Source: a virus (taxonomy: Duplodnaviria; Heunggongvirae; Uroviricota; Caudoviricetes). From it: DNA of 5,667 bases. The DNA is taken from the IMG/VR virus record IMGVR_UViG_2671180637_000030; one strand, written 5' to 3'. The position numbers and the translations under genes are program-made. Within the stretch, counting starts at the first letter, position 1. Each line of letters starts with the position of its first letter. The notes beneath the pieces were generated by a model, which saw only the letters and a program-made list of their open reading frames with translations, was not told the DNA's origin and searched no databases. This document shows positions 1 through 5,667 of the stretch, in pieces.

Positions 1-255
1 ATCACCGCAACGCTGATTCGCGACATCGTTGACGGCATCAATGCCAAATTCCGTGAGCTGAAAACAAACGGCTATATCGTGGATGCGACCTGCTGGTTCA
101 GCGAAGAATCCAACGATGCGGAAACCCTCAAGGCCGGAAAACTGTATATCGACTACGACTATACACCGGTGCCTCCTCTCGAAAACCTGACCCTGCGCCA
201 GCGTATTACCGATAAATACCTGGCAAATCTGGTCACCTCGGTTAACAGCAATTAA
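1..255 (+). CDS. FI: Tail sheath protein, C-terminal fragment (5' end lies outside the window)
   Basis: Frame 1 is open from the window edge to TAA at 253-255 ([33 protein letters not shown]...[11 protein letters not shown]). It sits immediately upstream of the tail tube gene, as FI does in P2, and the FII Shine-Dalgarno AAGGAG (254-259) overlaps its stop. Identification is by position and recalled similarity, not a search. Confidence 0.8.
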   Translation: MTATLIRDIVDGINAKFRELKTNGYIVDATCWFSEESNDAETLKAGKLYIDYDYTPVPPLENLTLRQRITDKYLANLVTSVNSN

Positions 256-267
256 GGAGCCTGACCG

Positions 268-786
268 ATGGCAATGCCGCGCAAACTCAAGTTAATGAAC
301 GTCTTTCTGAACGGCTACAGCTATCAGGGCGTCGCGAAGTCCGTCACGCTACCAAAACTGACCCGTAAGCTCGAAAACTATCGCGGTGCGGGGATGAACG
401 GCAGCGCACCGGTAGACCTCGGCCTTGATGACGATGCGCTGTCAATGGAGTGGTCGCTCGGTGGCTTCCCGGATTCGGTTATCTGGGAGCTTTACGCCGC
501 AACCGGTGTGGATGCCGTACCGATTCGTTTTGCAGGCTCTTACCAGCGCGACGATACCGGCGAAACGGTGGCCGTCGAGGTGGTCATGCGTGGACGTCAG
601 AAAGAAATCGACACCGGCGAGGGCAAACAGGGAGAAGACACCGAGTCGAAAATCTCCGTGGTCTGCACCTATTTCCGGCTGACGATGGACGGTAAGGAGC
701 TGGTCGAAATCGACACCATTAACATGATTGAGAAGGTGAACGGCGTCGACCGGCTGGAGCAACACCGCCGCAATATCGGCCTGTGA
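268..786 (+). CDS. FII: Major tail tube protein
   Basis: 172-aa ORF, the same length as P2 gpFII, with the sequence as I recall it. AAGGAG at 254-259 lies 8 nt upstream of ATG 268. It follows the sheath gene as in contractile-tail phages. Confidence 0.92.
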   Translation: MAMPRKLKLMNVFLNGYSYQGVAKSVTLPKLTRKLENYRGAGMNGSAPVDLGLDDDALSMEWSLGGFPDSVIWELYAATGVDAVPIRFAGSYQRDDTGETVAVEVVMRGRQKEIDTGEGKQGEDTESKISVVCTYFRLTMDGKELVEIDTINMIEKVNGVDRLEQHRRNIGL

Positions 787-793
787 TTTTCAT

Positions 794-814
794 CCGGTCA
801 GCCTGGCTGACCGG
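794..814 (+). promoter_or_regulatory. Perfect inverted repeat (stem-loop) in the FII-E intergenic region
   Basis: CCGGTCAGCC (794-803), T (804), GGCTGACCGG (805-814): the second arm is the exact reverse complement of the first. It lies 8 nt after the FII stop (784-786) and 29 nt before the E start. No U-tract follows (TTAACCC), so it is not a canonical intrinsic terminator. Confidence 0.4.
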
Positions 815-842
815 TTAACCCTGATTCAGAAGTGAGAAAACC

Positions 843-1118
843 ATGAACAAAGAAAATGTCATTACCCTGGAAAATCCGGTCAAACGTGGTGAGCAGGTCA
901 TCGAACAGGTCACGCTGATGAAACCCAGTGCCGGGACACTGCGCGGTGTCAGTCTGGCTGCGGTCGCGAACTCCGAAGTCGATGCACTGATTAAGGTGCT
1001 GCCGCGCATGACGGCACCGATGCTGACCGAGCAGGAAGTCGCCGCGCTGGAACTGCCTGACCTTGTGGCGCTGGCCGGTAAGGTGGTCGGTTTTTTGTCG
1101 CCGAACTCGGTGCAGTGA
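843..1118 (+). CDS. E: Tail assembly chaperone gpE (zero-frame product)
   Basis: 91-aa ORF, the same length as P2 gpE, between the tube and tape measure genes (position analogous to lambda G). It contains a T6 slippery run near its 3' end. Confidence 0.88.
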   Translation: MNKENVITLENPVKRGEQVIEQVTLMKPSAGTLRGVSLAAVANSEVDALIKVLPRMTAPMLTEQEVAALELPDLVALAGKVVGFLSPNSVQ

Positions 1119-1270
1119 CGTTCCCGAAAAATCTCTCGGTCGATGACCTGATGGCGGATGTGGCAGTGATATTTCACTGGCCGCCATCAGAACTGTATCC
1201 CATGAGTCTGACCGAACTCATCACATGGCGCGAAAAGGCGCTCCGGCGAATCGGAAACACGAATGAGTAA
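843..1270 (+). CDS. E+E': Tail assembly chaperone E+E' made by programmed -1 ribosomal frameshift (142 aa predicted)
   Basis: After a -1 slip at 1091-1097 the -1 frame stays open for 57 codons (VAELGAVTFPKNLSVDDLMADVAVIFHWPPSELYPMSLTELITWREKALRRIGNTNE) to TAA at 1268-1270. That gives 84 + 1 + 57 = 142 aa, matching the known P2 E+E' product, and the extension ends overlapping the T start codon. Confidence 0.8.
1091..1097 (+). other. Slippery heptamer T TTT TTG (X XXY YYZ) for the -1 frameshift
   Basis: Zero-frame codons are GGT TTT TTG at 1089-1097. The heptamer T-TTT-TTG allows tRNA re-pairing in the -1 frame, and the downstream -1 frame is open to 1270. Confidence 0.8.
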
Positions 1271-3710
1271 CAATGTAAAATTACAGGTATTGCTCAGGGC
1301 TGTTGACCAGGCATCCCGCCCGTTTAAATCCATCCGCACAGCGAGTAAGTCGCTGTCGGGGGATATCCGGGAAACACAAAAATCACTGCGCGAGCTGAAC
1401 GGTCACGCATCCCGTATTGAGGGATTCCGCAAGACCAGTGCACAGCTTGCCGTGACTGGTCATGCACTTGAAAAGGCACGGCAGGAAGCCGAAGCCCTTG
1501 CCACACAGTTTAAAAACACCGAACGTCCGACCCGTGCTCAGGCGAAAGTGCTGGAATCCGCAAAGCGTGCGGCGGAGGACTTACAGGCGAAATATAACCG
1601 CCTGACGGATTCTGTTAAACGCCAGCAGCGGGAACTGGCCGCTGTGGGAATTAATACCCGCAATCTTGCACATGATGAGCAGGGGCTGAAAAACCGTATC
1701 AGTGAAACCACCGCACAGCTTAACCGGCAGCGTGATGCGCTGGCGCGTGTCAGTGCACAACAGGCAAAACTTAACGCAGTAAAACAGCGTTATCAGGCCG
1801 GAAAAGAACTGGCAGGAAATATGGCCTCAGTGGGCGCTGCCGGTGTGGGGATTGCTGCTGCGGGAACGATGGCCGGTGTTAAGCTGCTGATGCCCGGTTA
1901 TGAGTTTGCGCAGAAAAACTCAGAATTGCAGGCCGTGCTCGGTGTGGCAAAAGACTCCGCCGAAATGGCTGCACTACGCAAGCAGGCGCGCCAGCTCGGC
2001 GACAACACCGCCGCCTCGGCGGATGATGCGGCCGGTGCGCAGATTATCATTGCGAAAGCGGGTGGAGATGCTGCGGCTATTCAGGCGGCAACGCCGGTCA
2101 CGCTAAATATGGCACTGGCGAATCAGCGGTCGATGGAAGAAAACGCTCAACTGTTGCTGGGGACTAAGGCATCCTTTCAACTGTCAAATGATGATGTCAG
2201 TCATGTGGGCGACGTGTTGTCGGCAACGATGAATAAGTCGGCGGCTGATTTTCAGGGACTCAGTGATGCACTGACTTATCTCGGCCCGGTTGCGAAGACG
2301 GCAGGTGTAAGTCTTGAGCAGGCAGCAGCCATGACAGGTGTGCTGCATGACAATAACATCAGGGGGTCAATGGCGGGTACGGGTAGCAGTGCCGTTGTTA
2401 CCCGATTACAGGCTCCGACAGGGAAAGCATGGGATGCACTCAAAGAGCTTGGCGTTAAAACCTCGGACAAAAAGGGAAATATGCGCCCGTTGTTCACCAT
2501 TCTGAAAGAGATTCAGGCCAGCTTTGATAAACACAAGCTGGGAACGTCTCAGAAGGGGGAATACCTTAAAACCATTTTTGGTGAGGAAGCACTGAAATCA
2601 GCGAACGTTTTACTGGCAGCGGCAGCAAGCGGAAAACTGGATACGCTGACCGCCACGCTGAAAGCCTCGGACGGTAAAACGGAAGAGCTGGTTAAAATCA
2701 TGCAGGATAACCTCGGCGGTGACTTTAAGGAGTTTCAGTCCGCTTATGAGGCGGTGGGGACAGACCTGTTTGACCAGCAGGAAGGCGCACTGCGTAAGCT
2801 CACGCAGACGGCCACAAAGTATGTGTTAAAACTCGATGTCTGGATCCAGAAAAACAAATCACTGGCGTCAACCATCGGCATCATTGCCGGTGGCGCACTG
2901 GCGCTGACTGGCATCATCGGTGCCATTGGTCTTGTCGCCTGGCCGGTTATCACCGGCATCAATGCCATCATCGCGGCAGCAGGCGCAATGGGGGCAATCT
3001 TCACGACGGTTGGCAGTGCCGTTATGACGGCCATCGGGGCGATTAGCTGGCCGGTTGTGGCCGTGGTGGCCGCTATTGTCGCCGGGGCGTTGCTTATCCG
3101 TAAATACTGGGAGCCTGTCAGCGCATTCTTTGGCGGTGTGGTGGAAGGGCTGAAAGCGGCATTTGCGCCGGTGGGAGAACTGTTCACGCCACTGAAGCCG
3201 GTGTTTGACTGGCTGGGTGAAAAGTTACAGGCCGCGTGGCAGTGGTTTAAAAACCTGATTGCCCCGGTTAAAGCCACCCAGGACACCCTGAACCGTTGCC
3301 GTGACACGGGCGTCATGTTCGGGCAGGCACTGGCTGACGCGCTGATGCTGCCGCTTAATGCGTTCAACAAACTGCGCAGCGGTATTGACTGGGTACTGGA
3401 AAAACTCGGTGTTATCAACAAAGAGTCAGACACACTTGACCAGACCGCCGCAAGGACTCATGCCGCCACGTATGGCACCGGCGGTTATATTCCGGCGACC
3501 AGCTCTTATGCAGGCTATCAGGCTTATCAGCCGGTCACGGCACCAGCTGGTCGCTCTTATGTGGACCAGAGTAAAAACGAATATCACATCAACCTGACGG
3601 GCGGTACTGCGCTGGGAACACAGCTTGACCGCCAGTTACAGGATGCGCTCGAAAAATATGAGCGGGATAAACGTGCGCGCGCCCGTGCCAGCATGATGCA
3701 TGACGGTTAA
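1263..3710 (+). CDS. T: Tail tape measure protein
   Basis: 815-aa ORF, the same length as P2 gpT. The N-terminal third is rich in Q/R/A/E/K heptad-like sequence (predicted coiled coil), there is a central Gly/Ala-rich hydrophobic block, and it sits directly downstream of the chaperone frameshift pair. Its ATG (1263) is embedded in ATGAGTAA, overlapping the E' stop. Confidence 0.93.
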   Translation: MSNNVKLQVLLRAVDQASRPFKSIRTASKSLSGDIRETQKSLRELNGHASRIEGFRKTSAQLAVTGHALEKARQEAEALATQFKNTERPTRAQAKVLESAKRAAEDLQAKYNRLTDSVKRQQRELAAVGINTRNLAHDEQGLKNRISETTAQLNRQRDALARVSAQQAKLNAVKQRYQAGKELAGNMASVGAAGVGIAAAGTMAGVKLLMPGYEFAQKNSELQAVLGVAKDSAEMAALRKQARQLGDNTAASADDAAGAQIIIAKAGGDAAAIQAATPVTLNMALANQRSMEENAQLLLGTKASFQLSNDDVSHVGDVLSATMNKSAADFQGLSDALTYLGPVAKTAGVSLEQAAAMTGVLHDNNIRGSMAGTGSSAVVTRLQAPTGKAWDALKELGVKTSDKKGNMRPLFTILKEIQASFDKHKLGTSQKGEYLKTIFGEEALKSANVLLAAAASGKLDTLTATLKASDGKTEELVKIMQDNLGGDFKEFQSAYEAVGTDLFDQQEGALRKLTQTATKYVLKLDVWIQKNKSLASTIGIIAGGALALTGIIGAIGLVAWPVITGINAIIAAAGAMGAIFTTVGSAVMTAIGAISWPVVAVVAAIVAGALLIRKYWEPVSAFFGGVVEGLKAAFAPVGELFTPLKPVFDWLGEKLQAAWQWFKNLIAPVKATQDTLNRCRDTGVMFGQALADALMLPLNAFNKLRSGIDWVLEKLGVINKESDTLDQTAARTHAATYGTGGYIPATSSYAGYQAYQPVTAPAGRSYVDQSKNEYHINLTGGTALGTQLDRQLQDALEKYERDKRARARASMMHDG

Positions 3711-3724
3711 GGAGGTGACGAAAA

Positions 3725-4204
3725 ATGATGCTCGCGTTAGGTATGTTTGTTTTTATGCGCCAGACGCTGCCACACCAGACCATGCAGCGTGAATCAGATT
3801 ATCGCTGGCCGTCAAATTCCCGTATCGGTAAACGGGACGCTTTTCAGTTTCTCGGTATGGGTGAGGAAAACATCACGCTGGCCGGTGTGCTTTATCCCGA
3901 ACTGACCGGCGGAAAGCTGACGATGACCACGCTCAGGATGATGGCAGAGGAAGGCAGGGCGTGGCCGTTGCTGGATGGCACCGGCATGATTTACGGCATG
4001 TATGTCATCAGCAGGGTGAGTGAAACAGGGAGTATTTTCTTTGCAGACGGCACACCCCGGAAAATTGATTTTACGCTGTCGCTCACCCGCGTTGATGAAT
4101 CACTGGCTGCGCTTTATGGCGATATCGGTAAACAGGCGGAATCGCTCATCGGTAAGGCTGGCAGTATGGCGACCAGATTCACGGGTATGACGGGGGCGGG
4201 ATAA
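3725..4204 (+). CDS. U: Tail protein U (essential tail formation protein)
   Basis: 159-aa ORF, the same length as P2 gpU. A strong Shine-Dalgarno AAGGAGGT at 3709-3716 lies 8 nt upstream of ATG 3725. It sits between T and D as in P2. Confidence 0.88.
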   Translation: MMLALGMFVFMRQTLPHQTMQRESDYRWPSNSRIGKRDAFQFLGMGEENITLAGVLYPELTGGKLTMTTLRMMAEEGRAWPLLDGTGMIYGMYVISRVSETGSIFFADGTPRKIDFTLSLTRVDESLAALYGDIGKQAESLIGKAGSMATRFTGMTGAG

Positions 4205-5367
4205 TGCTGGATGCGCTGACATTTGATGCAGGCAGTACGCTGACGCCGGATTACATGCTGATGCTCGACAGCAGGGATATTACCGGCAATATCAGCGACC
4301 GTCTGATGAGCATGACCCTGACGGATAACCGGGGCTTTGAGGCTGATCAGCTTGATATTGAACTGAACGATGCCGACGGGCAGGTCGAACTGCCGGTTCG
4401 TGGCGCTGTCCTGACGGTGTATATCGGCTGGAAAGGTTTTGCCCTGGTATGCAAAGGGAAATTCACCGTTGATGAGGTAGAACACCGGGGCGCGCCGGAT
4501 GTGGTCACCATCCGCGCCCGGAGTGCAGATTTTCGCGGGACGCTCAATTCCCGCCGTGAAGGCTCATGGCATGACACCACGCTCGGTGCGATTGTTGAGG
4601 CGATAGCCTCCCGTAACAGGCTGGAAGCCAGTGTCGCGCCGTCACTGGCAGGAATTAAAATCCCGCACATCGACCAGTCGCAGGAGTCTGATGCGAAATT
4701 CCTGACCCGTCTTGCTGAACGCAACGGCGGTGAGGTGTCGGTAAAAATGGGAAAACTGCTGTTTCTCAAAGCGGGGCAGGGGGTGACGGCCAGCGGTAAA
4801 AAAATCCCGCAGATTACCCTCACCCGTAGCGACGGCGACCGTCATCATTTTGCGATTGCTGACCGCGGAGCCTATACAGGCGTAACGGCAAAGTGGTTAC
4901 ACACCAAAGACCCGAAACCGCAAAAGCAGAAGGTAAAACTGAAACGCAAAAAGAAAGAGAAACACCTGCGCGCACTGGAGCACCCGAAAGCGAAACCGGT
5001 CAGGCAGAAGAAAGCGCCTAAAGTACCGGAAGCGCGCGAAGGTGAATACATGGCCGGTGAGGCTGATAACGTTTTTGCCCTGACCACGGTATATGCCACG
5101 AAAGCACAGGCCATGCGTGCCGCTCAGGCGAAGTGGGATAAACTGCAACGGGGCGTTGCGGAGTTCTCCATCAGCCTGGCTACTGGTCGGGCAGATATTT
5201 ACACGGAAACACCGGTCAAAGTGTCTGGCTTTAAGCGCGTCATAGACGAGCAGGACTGGACAATCACTAAGGTGACACACTTTCTGAATAATAGCGGCTT
5301 CACGACGTCCTTAGAACTTGAGGTAAGGCTTTCTGATGTGGAGTACGAAACAGAAGATGATGAGTGA
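4204..5367 (+). CDS. D: Tail/baseplate hub protein gpD (late control gene D family; gp27/VgrG N-domain-like)
   Basis: 387-aa ORF, the same length as P2 gpD. Its start ATG (4204-4206) overlaps the U stop TAA (4202-4204) in TAATG, indicating translational coupling. It is the last gene of the tail operon before ogr, as in P2. Confidence 0.88.
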   Translation: MLDALTFDAGSTLTPDYMLMLDSRDITGNISDRLMSMTLTDNRGFEADQLDIELNDADGQVELPVRGAVLTVYIGWKGFALVCKGKFTVDEVEHRGAPDVVTIRARSADFRGTLNSRREGSWHDTTLGAIVEAIASRNRLEASVAPSLAGIKIPHIDQSQESDAKFLTRLAERNGGEVSVKMGKLLFLKAGQGVTASGKKIPQITLTRSDGDRHHFAIADRGAYTGVTAKWLHTKDPKPQKQKVKLKRKKKEKHLRALEHPKAKPVRQKKAPKVPEAREGEYMAGEADNVFALTTVYATKAQAMRAAQAKWDKLQRGVAEFSISLATGRADIYTETPVKVSGFKRVIDEQDWTITKVTHFLNNSGFTTSLELEVRLSDVEYETEDDE

Positions 5368-5448
5368 TATCTTTTATTTATCTGTTTGTTTTATAAAGAT
5401 AAATTAAATAAAATGGCACCATCAACAAAACCGGAAGAGGTGCTCGCG
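5368..5448 (+). promoter_or_regulatory. AT-rich D-ogr intergenic region with putative ogr promoter and ribosome-binding site
   Basis: Candidate sigma70-like elements are TTTATC (5377-5382), a 17-bp spacer and TAAATT (5400-5405), with TATAAA at 5392-5397 as an alternative -10. A purine-rich GAAGAGG (5433-5439) lies 9 nt upstream of ATG 5449. Element assignment is by eye and tentative. Confidence 0.3.
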
Positions 5449-5667
5449 ATGTTTCATTGTCCTTTATGCCAGCATGCCGCACATGCGCGTACAAGTCGCT
5501 ATATCACTGACACGACAAAAGAGCGTTATCACCAGTGCCAGAACGTGAATTGCAGCGCCACGTTCATCACTTATGAGTCGGTGCAGCGATACATCGTGAA
5601 GCCGGGAGAAGTCCACGCCGTAAGGCCGCACCCGTTGCCGTCAGGGCAGCAAATTATGTGGATGTAA
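5449..5667 (+). CDS. ogr: Ogr late-gene transcription activator (Ogr/Delta zinc-finger family)
   Basis: 72-aa product MFHCPLCQHAAHARTSRYITDTTKERYHQCQNVNCSATFITYESVQRYIVKPGEVHAVRPHPLPSGQQIMWM with a C-X2-C...C-X4-C cysteine quartet (C4, C7, C30, C35), matching P2 Ogr as I recall it. It has its own ribosome-binding site and ends at TAA 5665-5667. The ORF-track start at 5386 is judged an over-extension. Confidence 0.9.
   Translation: MFHCPLCQHAAHARTSRYITDTTKERYHQCQNVNCSATFITYESVQRYIVKPGEVHAVRPHPLPSGQQIMWM

Noticed and set aside
425-765. Overlapping ORFs inside FII (425..682 +, 450..695 +, 442..765 -)
   Set aside because: These are alternative-frame or antisense ORFs with Arg-rich, low-complexity translations typical of off-frame reading of coding DNA. 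The FII frame explains the region.
798-1187. Minus-strand ORFs of 129 and 120 aa antisense to gene E
   Set aside because: They overlap the well-supported E/E' coding region and its frameshift site and have no start context. Antisense ORFs of this size arise by chance in GC-balanced coding sequence.
1324-2500. Small ORFs within T (1324..1506 -, 1900..2106 +, 2276..2500 -)
   Set aside because: They are short, embedded in the tape measure CDS, show arginine- or proline-rich off-frame composition, and have no ribosome-binding sites.
2744-3433. 229-aa ORF on the minus strand embedded in the tape measure gene
   Set aside because: It is fully antisense to a strongly supported CDS. Its translation is low-complexity Ala/Ser/Thr/Pro/Met-rich, as expected from the complement of Gly/Ala-rich coding sequence. 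It has no ribosome-binding site and no recognisable domain, so it is most likely a frame artefact.
3671-3689. Alternating GC tract ACGTGCGCGCGCCCGTGCC near the 3' end of T
   Set aside because: It encodes KRARARA within the tape measure reading frame. The short alternating CG run is explained by codon content, with no evidence of a regulatory role.
3358-3783. ORFs 3358..3597 + and 3589..3783 - spanning the T/U junction
   Set aside because: Both are off-frame relative to T and U. The minus-strand one would run antisense through the U ribosome-binding site and start. Neither has coding-like composition.
4114-5280. Multiple minus-strand ORFs antisense to gpD (4114..4485, 4347..4823, 4642..4848, 4872..5114, 4897..5280)
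   Set aside because: They mutually overlap in different frames, lie entirely within the D CDS, and include Phe/Arg-rich translations produced by the complement of the lysine-rich AAA/AAG codon run. None is a plausible gene.
5386-5448. N-terminal 21-codon extension of ogr as given in the ORF track
   Set aside because: The extension lies in AT-rich promoter-like sequence, has no ribosome-binding site, and would give a product longer than the 72-aa Ogr family proteins. The start at 5449 is preferred.
1-5667. Novel defence, toxin-antitoxin or other accessory system
   Set aside because: I looked specifically for orphan ORFs, direct repeats and spacers, atypical composition islands and opposite-strand genes. 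Every segment is accounted for by conserved P2 tail genes and ogr, so claiming a novel system would be unsupported.

Overview
This window is the distal part of the late tail-gene operon of a P2-like (Peduovirus-type) temperate myophage or prophage, in the canonical order FI (3' end) - FII - E/E+E' - T - U - D - ogr, all on the + strand. All coding capacity is accounted for by tightly packed, translationally coupled tail genes plus the Ogr zinc-finger late-gene activator, which has its own AT-rich upstream region. I found no CRISPR array, tRNA, insertion sequence or orphan accessory ORF, and I see no evidence of a novel or undescribed system here; this is a conserved structural module. The points worth a second look are the programmed -1 frameshift that makes E+E', a perfect 10-bp inverted repeat between FII and E, a long Gly/Ala-rich hydrophobic block in the tape measure protein, a lysine-rich basic segment in gpD, and a probable over-extended start for ogr in the ORF track. 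All family assignments rest on my recall of P2 protein sequences and gene order, not on a database search.
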